64,000 nucleotides of DNA, taken from the IMG/VR virus record IMGVR_UViG_3300042901_002340; one strand, given 5' to 3'. Origin of the DNA: a virus. Taxonomy: Duplodnaviria > Heunggongvirae > Uroviricota > Caudoviricetes. Positions 47,774-57,899 of the stretch are shown here, one piece after another (the first letter of the stretch is position 1; every line of letters begins with the position of its first letter). Made by a program: the position numbers and the translations under genes. The notes beneath the pieces are model-generated. The model did not search any database, was not told where the DNA came from, and saw only the letters and a list, made by a program, of their open reading frames with translations.

Positions 47774-49990
47774 TTATTGATTATTTGTTAAGCTTTTTCC
47801 TATTACATCAACCTGAAATTTAAGATTAGCCTCGTCTATACAGACGATATCAAAAACAGGTTCGTAATCATGTACAGCAAATATATCCTCGGTCAAAGAT
47901 ATTATTATCGTTGAATAAGGAGAAGAAGTTGGATTAATAATAGGATATTTACCAAGAGAATTAGTTAAAACCTTTATTATATAATTGCCTGGATATATCT
48001 TATCACCAAAGGATAATCTAAATCTTTGGCCATTTTTCCAATTTATCGTTCCGTCATTAATTCTTATTGTCAAATCACCAGTCAACGTCAGAGGATTTGA
48101 ATTATTCACATGTTTATAGTAATTAGAAAAATCAAGGAGATTGATTATATTATCACCGTTCTGTGTAAACGTTCCAACACCAAGAGTATCTAACATATTG
48201 AAATCCTGACTTGAGTTAACAACAGTAACTTGGTTAGGTGTAGATCTATCAAGAATAACACCAGGTCCCTGTTTTAATAAATCCAGATTATATGAAACTT
48301 CCACACTCGTCTGATTATTAATAATGGCCCTTACTAGATCATAGTTTTGATTTATAAGTCCCATTACAGCCTGAGTGTTATTAAAAAGTGCTTGATTAGC
48401 TGCAAATGCTTGCTCCAGCTGAGTTATTCTTCTATCTATATTTGTCGACGTTGAAGATGATAACGTTATATTTTCCAAGCTAGTCACTCTATTGCTTAGA
48501 TCTATAAATTCCGTTGCAGCATTATTTAAAGTTGAGCTAGCATCCTGTAGAACGTTCATAGAGTCCATAAACATCGACAGCGAGAAAGGAGAATAGTCAT
48601 TTATCGCTTGCTCAACCCCGGTTTGATCTATATCAGTATCAAATTTAAGATTTATCTTAAATCCATAGGAGTTACCATTTAATTTTGTTACTGGATTGGG
48701 TCTATGTTTATCTAATCTAGGTATAAAAACATCACCACTTGAAATATTAACATCATCCAAGAATAAAACGCCATAGAGATTCGTTGCAAAGCTCGATGGT
48801 GTAGCAGGATCGTACACGTCATAATATATAAGAACCGCATTAAATTCAAAATCCTTAGAATCCGCAGTTGCGTTAAATTCCTCAAGAGTTGATATATTTG
48901 GATTACTAATTATTCCTTGATATGAGTTTGGATCGAAATCTATACCTATAGAATCAAGTTTGCTTCTAACATAATTGACATCAACAAGACCATTAGTTTT
49001 ATTTATTACGTAATTAGACGGATCTGTAAATGATGATTGTGAATCAGTAAAATAAGTATTTGCAGTATCTCTCGGTGAGTACCAATTACCAGCATAGCTT
49101 GTACCTGTGTATGTGTCAATGTAAGAAGCTATAGGAGATCCCAAGACATCGTCATCAAATATGGCAAGATTAGTAAGTCCACTTGGATTTGTCTCATTGT
49201 AATTTCTACCAAATAGATATTCGTCATTCAGCGGATTTGGTGGATTGTTAGTCCATTGGTAATCTGGATAATAGTTAGTATCTACTATATTTTTAAATAA
49301 AACTGTTGGTGAATTACCATCCTTTGTAGGAATATAAACATAAACCTCAGAATATGTGTTTGTTGAATTTTTAACTGAGTTAACTATGTCAAGATTACCA
49401 ACATACTGTACAACTCTACTATATTTAGCTCCAGTCATTCCATAGGAACCAGTGGTGCCTATTGGCTCATCACCTTCAACATATCTTTTTTGTGTTATTG
49501 GCAAACCTGCAGAATCGTAGGTTACATTTATTTGATTAAGAGCGCCGGAAACCTCGCTGGAATTTGCATTCCTCCATCTCATTGCTCCAATTTCTTTTAG
49601 CCATTTAAAGAAAACTCTTTCAGAAACATTCTGTTTAAGAGAGGAATCATATTCATCAGATCCTGTTATAGTTGATTCCACATTCAAACAATAACTCTGA
49701 AAACTCTGAGAAAAATCTATATTTCCATTCCCAGTTATGATTATACCAGCACTAGTTGCGTAATCAAGAAAAGCACTATCCGGTCCATTAAGTTTAACAT
49801 AATTGGAAAATGCTCCAGTTGTTCCTGTACCATCATCAAAGTCGGGAATATTAAGGAGCGCAAATTTAGAAAATCTAAATTTATTAGATGTGTTATTGAA
49901 TGTAAACGAAAGATCTTCTGCCGAGGAAGAGAATGTATAGAAAGTTCCACCCTGTACCTGCAAAGGTCTAATAAATGGGGTTTTTGCCAT
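47774..49990 (-). CDS. virion structural protein
   Basis: 738 aa; N-terminal IRPLQVQGGTFYTF, short coiled coil. Confidence 0.6.
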   Translation of the reverse strand: MAKTPFIRPLQVQGGTFYTFSSSAEDLSFTFNNTSNKFRFSKFALLNIPDFDDGTGTTGAFSNYVKLNGPDSAFLDYATSAGIIITGNGNIDFSQSFQSYCLNVESTITGSDEYDSSLKQNVSERVFFKWLKEIGAMRWRNANSSEVSGALNQINVTYDSAGLPITQKRYVEGDEPIGTTGSYGMTGAKYSRVVQYVGNLDIVNSVKNSTNTYSEVYVYIPTKDGNSPTVLFKNIVDTNYYPDYQWTNNPPNPLNDEYLFGRNYNETNPSGLTNLAIFDDDVLGSPIASYIDTYTGTSYAGNWYSPRDTANTYFTDSQSSFTDPSNYVINKTNGLVDVNYVRSKLDSIGIDFDPNSYQGIISNPNISTLEEFNATADSKDFEFNAVLIYYDVYDPATPSSFATNLYGVLFLDDVNISSGDVFIPRLDKHRPNPVTKLNGNSYGFKINLKFDTDIDQTGVEQAINDYSPFSLSMFMDSMNVLQDASSTLNNAATEFIDLSNRVTSLENITLSSSTSTNIDRRITQLEQAFAANQALFNNTQAVMGLINQNYDLVRAIINNQTSVEVSYNLDLLKQGPGVILDRSTPNQVTVVNSSQDFNMLDTLGVGTFTQNGDNIINLLDFSNYYKHVNNSNPLTLTGDLTIRINDGTINWKNGQRFRLSFGDKIYPGNYIIKVLTNSLGKYPIINPTSSPYSTIIISLTEDIFAVHDYEPVFDIVCIDEANLKFQVDVIGKSLTNNQ

Positions 49991-50007
49991 TTTTTTCTTT
50001 TTTTATT

Positions 50008-50913
50008 TTATAGTATCATATTGCTATTACCCAGAACCACCCAAGAACCATTTTGTGTTGCCTGTCCCAGACCTACTCTAGGTTCCCATTGCAATGTTAT
50101 TGAGGATCTATAAGCTAGTCCTGCAGAAGCAGTTATACCAAGGGTGTCAAAGCCACCTACTAAGGAAGCAGTATTAAATCCAGTGTAATACGAGGGAGAT
50201 CCTGTTACACCAGTTACTATTTTAGCTGCTCCTGATGTTGTATTGATTATTGTTATTCTTGTTCCTGGTGCTATACTTGGAACTGTACCTCCTACTGGAG
50301 ATACACCGTCACATACCTTCATATAAAAACCAGAACTGGAACAATTTGCATAGATAACATCCTCCAGACCAGTTATTGCATAGGGTGAATTTACCGATGT
50401 AGCTACACCACCACCACCTAATGAAGCGGAAGGAAATGCTTGTCCAGCAGTAGCACCATTAACATAGGTTGTATTTTGACTCATAATTCTACCCTGAGGT
50501 CCAAGAGAAATAGCACCATTTGCTCCCAATTGGCCATTAAAAGAAGCAGTTCCACCAGAGGTAAAGCTAGATCCAGCTCCAAGTGTTATTGTTCCATTTG
50601 CAACTAAAGCACCAGATGCAGTGAAGGTTGTTGTTTGTACACTAGCGAATGTTGCTGCTCCTGCAGCACTAACTGATGCTGTTGCTGTTCCGCTAGAGGG
50701 AAGAGATAATGAATCAAATCTACCAATTTTTGCCTGAACTTTCCCAGTGGAAGCAGCAGAAAGATCCAATATTCCATTCGTTGTGTCTATTCCAAAAACA
50801 CTAACATAACCATTTATCCAGTTTTGGAGTATAAGAAAGTTAGAATTTATGGTTACTCTGGATCCCGAAATAGAATCGGATCCTAAGATTTCATTAATGT
50901 TTACTGTAGCCAT
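50008..50913 (-). CDS. Gly/Ala/Ser/Thr-rich fibre-like protein
   Basis: N-terminus ILGSDS..SRVTINSNF resembles the fibre paralog N-termini. Confidence 0.6.
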   Translation of the reverse strand: MATVNINEILGSDSISGSRVTINSNFLILQNWINGYVSVFGIDTTNGILDLSAASTGKVQAKIGRFDSLSLPSSGTATASVSAAGAATFASVQTTTFTASGALVANGTITLGAGSSFTSGGTASFNGQLGANGAISLGPQGRIMSQNTTYVNGATAGQAFPSASLGGGGVATSVNSPYAITGLEDVIYANCSSSGFYMKVCDGVSPVGGTVPSIAPGTRITIINTTSGAAKIVTGVTGSPSYYTGFNTASLVGGFDTLGITASAGLAYRSSITLQWEPRVGLGQATQNGSWVVLGNSNMIL

Positions 50914-50942
50914 TTTTCTTTTTATTTGTTTTTTATGTGAAA

Positions 50943-50950
50943 TATATATC
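50943..50950 (-). promoter_or_regulatory. GATATATA putative late promoter heading the large structural operon
   Basis: Motif 30 nt upstream of 50913. Confidence 0.65.
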
Positions 50951-51023
50951 TATGTTCAAATCAACACTACAAACCTCAGTGTTATTTGAAAAAGTTCTTA
51001 TTAATTAAATAAAACAAAAACAA

Positions 51024-51797
51024 ATGCCAAGAAAAAAAGCAAAAAACGAACCAATTCCGATCAAAACGGAGAAAAAGCAACCAAAATCAACAAAAACTTC
51101 AAAGGTTGACAGCTTACCAAAAGGACCAATTCTACAAAAAGAGGATTTCAATCACATTAAATTTACTGATTCACAATTGAAATTTTTCAAAACGATCGAA
51201 AATAATTTTCTAACAGTTTGCACTGGACCAGCGGGTACTGCAAAAACTTTCGTGGCATGTTACGCAGCACTGGATCTCATAAGAAAGGGCGAGCATTCAA
51301 AAATAATATTAGCGAGACCCGCAGTAGAATCGGGAGAAAATCTAGGATTTCTACCCGGATCTGTTGACGAAAAAATAGCTCCATATATGGAAGGATATAT
51401 TTCCAATATGGAAAAAATATTAAAAGCCAAGGAAAAAATAAAACTCATGACAGATACAAAAACTATCGATATGCAACCATTAGCTTTCATGAGAAGTAGA
51501 ACATTCGATGATACCATACTAATTCTAGATGAAGCCCAAAATGCAGATCTCAGACAAATAATGTTGGTTGTAACCAGAATGGGTCAGAACTCAAGAATAA
51601 TTATATGTGGGGATGTAACACAGTGGGATCTCAAGGCAAGGAAAAAAGATCTACTCACATTTTCAGAAAAAATAGCAAAAGGGGTAGATCAATGTGGTGC
51701 TTTCGTTTTCACAAGGGAAGATATAGTTAGAAATCCTATACTCATACAACTCACAGATAACTACGAAAAATACAAGGAAGAAAATAATCTAGATTAA
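51024..51797 (+). CDS. phoH: PhoH family ATPase
   Basis: GPAGTAKT, ARPAVE..GENLGFLPG, PLAFMRSRTF, ILDEAQN, TRMG, GDVTQWD, DIVRNP. Confidence 0.95.
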   Translation: MPRKKAKNEPIPIKTEKKQPKSTKTSKVDSLPKGPILQKEDFNHIKFTDSQLKFFKTIENNFLTVCTGPAGTAKTFVACYAALDLIRKGEHSKIILARPAVESGENLGFLPGSVDEKIAPYMEGYISNMEKILKAKEKIKLMTDTKTIDMQPLAFMRSRTFDDTILILDEAQNADLRQIMLVVTRMGQNSRIIICGDVTQWDLKARKKDLLTFSEKIAKGVDQCGAFVFTREDIVRNPILIQLTDNYEKYKEENNLD

Positions 51798-54700
51798 TTA
51801 CCCATCCTTTCTAAATGTTGCGTCCGGGTTATTATAAACAATAAATCCGGAAGAAAAAGGAATAGTTTCACTTCTTAATATAGCAGCCTGCTCTTCTGCA
51901 AGATCCTTAGATAATTTATCAACCTGATAATCTCTACCAGGAAATACCTCAGGCTCTCCATAATCAAAAGAGTTAACAAAATCCGGACGTCTATCGTCCG
52001 GATTTTTTTGTTTATGATTAATAACCTCAATGTATCCTGGATTGGTTCGTACGTACACGTTACCTGCCGCGTCTTCCACGCTATTGTAAATTGTATAGTT
52101 ACCAGGGGCTGTAAAAGTATAGATGAAATAAGGGGTGTCTTTTACGTTTAAGATCTCCTCCTCTGTTATGGAGTTACTAAGTATCCATTTATTATTTTTC
52201 TTACCATATATGTTTGAAGCGTAATTATTAAAAACAACCGTTGTCATAAGTGGTATCTGCATACCACTATCAGTCGAGTGAACATCACACCAAGTCCATG
52301 CACCAGATCCAGGTCTAGATATGATTTGTCCCATATTGATTCCAAGATCCGCTTTATATCTTTTAGATAATACACCAAATCCAGTACCATTTTCTATAAA
52401 TATATACGAATCCCCATCAGCATCGGTTGAAGGATTTGAATAATAACCTCCCATAAATAAGTTTCCGTCATCATCAGAAGTCATAGTAAAAGTATTTATT
52501 GATGCACTACCAAAATTAATTGTGGATAGAACCCTTCCACTAAGATCCGTTTTAGAAACATAATTAAATGGTGGATCTATAAAATTTCTGGAAGATTTCT
52601 TATAGCTTATATAATATTGATCAGATAAAGATAACTGAACATCGCTTAAAGATGTCGCGGAGGAAGAAAGATTAAATGATGATTCAAAATATGTTTTAGG
52701 AGTTCCCTGTTCAGTTAAACCAACAGTAAGAAAATAAGTTTTTAATGCCGAATCAGCAACAAAATTATTTCCGAAATAATTACCAGATTCACCAAAAGTA
52801 GTTGTTAAATAATACATCGATTGATTGTTCGTAGCTTTTGGGATGAATGAATTACCTGATTTTCCACTCAGATACCCGCCAGCTATACCAACGCCTCTAT
52901 TGTCAACTATAAGATAGAATTGTTCATATAAGCTCTCCGTAGTGGAAGGAAAGTATACCCCACCCATGGTAAATGTTCTATTTGAATTTCCTGTTATTAT
53001 AGTACTAGAATCATTATTCATAGATTTACAGCTACCTATATTTTTAATAGATTGTGTGGATGAACCAATCTGTGAAGTTGTTGAATTAATAGTAGCCATA
53101 AGCGAAAGATCATCCGAGGATAACCTAACATAAGAAAGTACGGAGTCACTACTCCATGTTTGTGATATCGGATATGTAGTACCTAATATTACATCGGATG
53201 TATAATAGCCGTCATTTGTTCTATTCCATAAATTTTTTAATGTGGAAACATCGGCAGTTTTTATAACTGATCTATTTGAAGAAAGGTTAACCGCTGATTT
53301 AACAGTTAAATCTATCGAATATTTGGTAACATCAAGTTTTGTTTCCTTTATATCCCCTCTTGTGGACATATATTTTGCAGGAAAATGTCTAAAACCAAGA
53401 CCTCTATAAGATTTTCTAACATCACTAATATAATCAGATCCGTTCCCTCCAAGACCACTAAATGATGTTACACTACCCAAATCTCTTCCTATTTTAGCAA
53501 CAAATGGACTATTACATAATATTCTATTTGTATTCCAGTATTGGGTTCTGGAATTAATTCCCCTAATCCCAGGGAAAACCCCAATTTTAGTCTCATTGAA
53601 TGTAAAATTACCGGTCTCTCCATCATCCAATGGGAATGGACCAGTAGTTCCAGTTGCATATTCTACAAAAAATTTAAGGCCCGATAGATTGCTTAAATTC
53701 TCTATATCTGTTATTATATAAGACGTATTAAAAGAACCGCCTGTTATATCTATAACATTCCCAGTAACAATCGACTGAAGAGTTGAAGTTTGATCTCCGT
53801 TAATATCACCATAATTAAAAACAAAATATTCAGCATTCTCCAATAAGGAATTAGATCCAAAATCAGCATAAAAACCAGGATCAGTTGGCGGCGAAGATAA
53901 CATATATTCCCACGCACCTGTTCCTATAGTGTTATTAGCAGAGACCCATGGAAATTCAGATAAGTTCTCATTGTAATAATTAACATTGGTTAATCCAGCA
54001 GGAGCTCCTGTCGGACCTCCTCTTAATGCATTCTCACTTTCAAGGGAGTCCCAAATATATGGTCCATCCTCGATATATCTAGAAAAGTAACCAGACACTG
54101 CAACAAAATTATCGTCCTCCGAAGGAGCAATATCCTGAACATATGTTCTATATCCTCTAAAAGGTATTATAGCTTCAACCGAGCCATATTCACTATAACT
54201 AACAACAAATCCCATGGTATTACCATCACGAGAATTTGAAGGGTAATTGGAGTAATTTATAGATCCACCAAAAGTGGGATTTAGATTCCTTATACTTGCA
54301 ACATTGCCCACACTATCATAACCAAAATTAGCCTCAACATTACCGGTTAGAAATCCACCAAGATAGTATTTTATACCATTCCTAGTTTTTATTGAAGTTG
54401 AACATGTTACATTAATACTACCTGAAGTGTTAAGTGGAGATAATTGTGTTAGAGTTATTATATCTCTGAAATATGTTGACTGTATCAAATTTGACTCCTG
54501 CTTATCATCAAAAGTTTCAATTGGCCAATTGTTCCAATATTCTTGCTTTCCAGCTCTTCCATCAGCAATATCACTTAGCTTAGTTGTAAGAAAAAGATTT
54601 CTTTCATCCAATCCAGGAAATCTACTAGCCAAATAATCATCCTGATATACTCTCCATTCTGGATAAGACCATGTGTATTTATTAACCTTTGGTAAGGGAA

Positions 54701-55907
54701 TATTATTTAATCCTGCGGTCTCATTAAAATATGTAAAATTCCATCCGGTCGCACCAGCATGTTTAGAAGATGCGTATATATGAGGTTGATCATAATTAAA
54801 GGAGGATAGAGCATTATAACATAGTACCCATAACGAATTCTCATATAGAGTTAAGCTACCCTGCTTTACATTATTTTTTATTAATTTAATATCGAGAACA
54901 TCATTATTCTCTATATAGGTTTGGCTCGAGCTCGGAAGTCCTGTTCCATCTGTAAATCGATCAAGGGTGGTACCATTAAAATGCCAAAATCCACTACCCT
55001 GACGTAATTCTCCATCACCAAAAGTTAAAAAAACGTGACCATTAGGTCTAGACACAACCTTAGTTACAGGCCCAGCAAAACTCTCAGTACCATCAGGAAA
55101 AAAGAAAGAATTTGGGAAATTCCAGAATTTTTTACCATTGAAAAAAGATAGACCCTGATCCGTACCTATCCACAGGTTACCGTCCTCATCAAGATCTATG
55201 GAATATATGTTATCAGATAGTATTTCTGATGTTTTTGTATTATAAACCTCAACCTGCTCTATAATTTCTCCCACACCTCTAAGATACTGAACCTCTTGAG
55301 TTCCCTGTGGCATAATAAATAGTCCTTCAGATGTTGCAACATAGTAAAAGTAATCCTTTCCCTCATATCCTTTAGCCTTTATGTCATAAATATGTGGCCA
55401 AGTATAACCAGGAACAGTTTCTTGCCATTTGTCAATTTCTTTAAGATAATAGAAAAGCCTACCACCAGTAACACCGTTAATTTCGGTGTACCCTGTAGTT
55501 CCTGTTCCACCTATACCATTAAGAGGTGTTGAAAATGCAAGTATATCGTCACCGAAAGGGCACGCATACACTAGCGATATTTCTTGAGGTTCATTGAAAA
55601 CCCCAAGATCGGAGAATTTCCAATTTTTACCTATTGATACATCGTTTGTATCCATCGAAAAAACAGCAAACTCGTTCAAACCTGCAACTGGACCTTGAGC
55701 AACACCGCACCATAAGAAATCATCCTTATCAATATCTATACTTCTGGTATCTAAAAAATATGGAAATCCACTAGGCACTGCGGAATTAGTATAATCATAA
55801 TATTCCCACGCTTCACCATTAAATCTTCTAATGTCCTGACCACAGCCCCAAACATAAGATTCCCTATCCAGAGCTATTTGATTCATTATTAAACCGTAAC
55901 TTGCCAT
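51798..55907 (-). CDS. putative virion protein with beta-propeller (Reg_prop-like) repeats and a C-terminal PKD/Ig-like domain
   Basis: SDNIYSIDLDEDGNLWIGTDQGLSFFNG, SIDIDKDDFLWCG, TSDDDGNLFMGGY, YTFTAPGNYTI. Confidence 0.65.
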   Translation of the reverse strand: MASYGLIMNQIALDRESYVWGCGQDIRRFNGEAWEYYDYTNSAVPSGFPYFLDTRSIDIDKDDFLWCGVAQGPVAGLNEFAVFSMDTNDVSIGKNWKFSDLGVFNEPQEISLVYACPFGDDILAFSTPLNGIGGTGTTGYTEINGVTGGRLFYYLKEIDKWQETVPGYTWPHIYDIKAKGYEGKDYFYYVATSEGLFIMPQGTQEVQYLRGVGEIIEQVEVYNTKTSEILSDNIYSIDLDEDGNLWIGTDQGLSFFNGKKFWNFPNSFFFPDGTESFAGPVTKVVSRPNGHVFLTFGDGELRQGSGFWHFNGTTLDRFTDGTGLPSSSQTYIENNDVLDIKLIKNNVKQGSLTLYENSLWVLCYNALSSFNYDQPHIYASSKHAGATGWNFTYFNETAGLNNIPLPKVNKYTWSYPEWRVYQDDYLASRFPGLDERNLFLTTKLSDIADGRAGKQEYWNNWPIETFDDKQESNLIQSTYFRDIITLTQLSPLNTSGSINVTCSTSIKTRNGIKYYLGGFLTGNVEANFGYDSVGNVASIRNLNPTFGGSINYSNYPSNSRDGNTMGFVVSYSEYGSVEAIIPFRGYRTYVQDIAPSEDDNFVAVSGYFSRYIEDGPYIWDSLESENALRGGPTGAPAGLTNVNYYNENLSEFPWVSANNTIGTGAWEYMLSSPPTDPGFYADFGSNSLLENAEYFVFNYGDINGDQTSTLQSIVTGNVIDITGGSFNTSYIITDIENLSNLSGLKFFVEYATGTTGPFPLDDGETGNFTFNETKIGVFPGIRGINSRTQYWNTNRILCNSPFVAKIGRDLGSVTSFSGLGGNGSDYISDVRKSYRGLGFRHFPAKYMSTRGDIKETKLDVTKYSIDLTVKSAVNLSSNRSVIKTADVSTLKNLWNRTNDGYYTSDVILGTTYPISQTWSSDSVLSYVRLSSDDLSLMATINSTTSQIGSSTQSIKNIGSCKSMNNDSSTIITGNSNRTFTMGGVYFPSTTESLYEQFYLIVDNRGVGIAGGYLSGKSGNSFIPKATNNQSMYYLTTTFGESGNYFGNNFVADSALKTYFLTVGLTEQGTPKTYFESSFNLSSSATSLSDVQLSLSDQYYISYKKSSRNFIDPPFNYVSKTDLSGRVLSTINFGSASINTFTMTSDDDGNLFMGGYYSNPSTDADGDSYIFIENGTGFGVLSKRYKADLGINMGQIISRPGSGAWTWCDVHSTDSGMQIPLMTTVVFNNYASNIYGKKNNKWILSNSITEEEILNVKDTPYFIYTFTAPGNYTIYNSVEDAAGNVYVRTNPGYIEVINHKQKNPDDRRPDFVNSFDYGEPEVFPGRDYQVDKLSKDLAEEQAAILRSETIPFSSGFIVYNNPDATFRKDG

Positions 55908-55927
55908 TTATCTATTTTTATTAATTT

Positions 55928-57850
55928 TTATAATGATCCGCCAATTTTCCAACCTCTAAAATAATTGTTATGAGAAGAGGAAGGAACAGTTATTTTGGAA
56001 GGAAGTCCTGTCCAGGATGCCATACCTGAACCAGATGCATTTATATCAGAAGCAAATTTGGAAGTTGGAAATTGGCCAGAATCCCTTCTAACATCATTCA
56101 AAAAATCCTGCATTTGTGAACCCCACATTATCTCCATGGAGTGTATATAACTATTAGAATATGTTGAACTAGTCAGTGGATCCTTTATCGACATCTTAAG
56201 TCCTCCAAAAAATTGATTATACACATAAATACCCTCAGCCCCACCATTGTAATAGGGAGAAAGATTAAAATCAACTTCAAATATTATGTTATCTGAGAGA
56301 CCACCAGGTCTTGCTGCTATACCTGCATTAATCAAAGTAGCTATTCCTGAAAAATTTCCGAATTCAGTGTCACATGCACTTATCATATATAAATCGGGAG
56401 TATTTCCAGTATTACCAGAAGAGGAAACGACAGATTCAAATTCAGTTATTGTGGATCCATCTGAATCACTTAGTATTATTCTTACATCTACATTTACCCC
56501 TCCCTGTCCATACGCCTCCTCGATGAAAGCGCTTGTTGGTATACAAATTCCATGATAGAAATCAAGAGAATCAGCATATCCATCTTCCTCTGCCCATCCG
56601 CCGTCCCATAGGTACCCGAGATATTCGTTCTTATAACCTATACCTGAAGCAAGATCAGCAAATGGGGGTCTTCCACCTCCACTAAAGGTCTTATAATATC
56701 CACCAAGTTCTATAAATTTGCTTGATCCAGAAAGATAGTATTTATTTTCTATAAAATCATTAACAGCAAGTGTATTCCATTCTCTTAGACCGTCGACTAA
56801 TCCAGTAAATGTATTACTAGCTAGATTATCACTCATATAGAATCTATTGTTAAATTGGGAAGAAACGTCACTAGGTGCTATATAATTACCCGTCATAATT
56901 CTAGGAGATGCAGTGTATCCCCCAGTCATGCCAGCGGAGGATAAAGCGGAACCGCTGAGTATAATATTTGTCTTTATTGGTGAATACGTTTTAGATATAT
57001 CTGGACTATTTGGCCAAATATAAACAGCCTCTTGGGTCGAATGAAAACTTGTATTATTCCATCTTGGTGAATATGGACCAAAATCAATTTTAAATACTAA
57101 AGAATTCCCACCCAAACCTAATACTGATGTTCTCTGTGATAACGTCGAAACATTGTAGTATTTACCAGAAGTTGCATATGTCCCAGATGACCTATAATTT
57201 ACTGACTCCTCCACACCAATCTTTCTAAAATTAACATTACGTCCTAATGATACCGCGTTACCCACCGTTGATGAAATTTTAAGTCCAACGGCTACGACAT
57301 AGGAAGAATTCGGAGCTCCCAAATAAGTTCCAGTCAATGTATACCAATCCGTACATGCATAACTTACTGAGGATAAAGTTGTTCCTGAGGTTAGACCAAG
57401 CTGAGGTATCCTCCAATTGTATGATGCATATCCACTACTTGCCGATCCACCAGCAGCGTACGTCAGGGTTCTTCCCATTGGGCTATCTGGCGTACTAGTG
57501 GAACCAGGGGAACCTATGGCACCATAACCACTTCCTGACCCGCCAGTTATTACTATGGCAGGATTAAATATTTCGGGATAAACGACAATTATATTTGGTT
57601 TGTATGCAGCAGCAGTTATACCGCCAGGTCCTGTTATAACAAGTCCAGTGCTATAGCCGGTATAATTAACACCATAGTATCTTATTTCTGGTCCATATAC
57701 GGTACTGGTATTAGGTGTTCCACCTTGGAAGTTCCAAGTTCTGCTAACCCCACCCGTGCTAAGATCATAATAATAAACACGGTCACCCTGATTTATACCT
57801 ATTTTCTCATAATAAATAATATCCACCTGATCTATACCTATTCGCGCCAT
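55928..57850 (-). CDS. putative virion protein with N-terminal PKD-like domains
   Basis: GDRVYYYDLSTGG..RTWNFQGGTPNTST..P.I.Y; second unit ASYNWRI. Confidence 0.65.
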   Translation of the reverse strand: MARIGIDQVDIIYYEKIGINQGDRVYYYDLSTGGVSRTWNFQGGTPNTSTVYGPEIRYYGVNYTGYSTGLVITGPGGITAAAYKPNIIVVYPEIFNPAIVITGGSGSGYGAIGSPGSTSTPDSPMGRTLTYAAGGSASSGYASYNWRIPQLGLTSGTTLSSVSYACTDWYTLTGTYLGAPNSSYVVAVGLKISSTVGNAVSLGRNVNFRKIGVEESVNYRSSGTYATSGKYYNVSTLSQRTSVLGLGGNSLVFKIDFGPYSPRWNNTSFHSTQEAVYIWPNSPDISKTYSPIKTNIILSGSALSSAGMTGGYTASPRIMTGNYIAPSDVSSQFNNRFYMSDNLASNTFTGLVDGLREWNTLAVNDFIENKYYLSGSSKFIELGGYYKTFSGGGRPPFADLASGIGYKNEYLGYLWDGGWAEEDGYADSLDFYHGICIPTSAFIEEAYGQGGVNVDVRIILSDSDGSTITEFESVVSSSGNTGNTPDLYMISACDTEFGNFSGIATLINAGIAARPGGLSDNIIFEVDFNLSPYYNGGAEGIYVYNQFFGGLKMSIKDPLTSSTYSNSYIHSMEIMWGSQMQDFLNDVRRDSGQFPTSKFASDINASGSGMASWTGLPSKITVPSSSHNNYFRGWKIGGSL

Positions 57851-57870
57851 CTATTAATTTTTATTCAGAT

Positions 57871-57878
57871 TATATATC
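57871..57878 (-). promoter_or_regulatory. GATATATA putative late promoter
   Basis: Motif 21 nt upstream of 57850. Confidence 0.65.
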
Positions 57879-57899
57879 TAAATAAAATAGGTACAAAAA

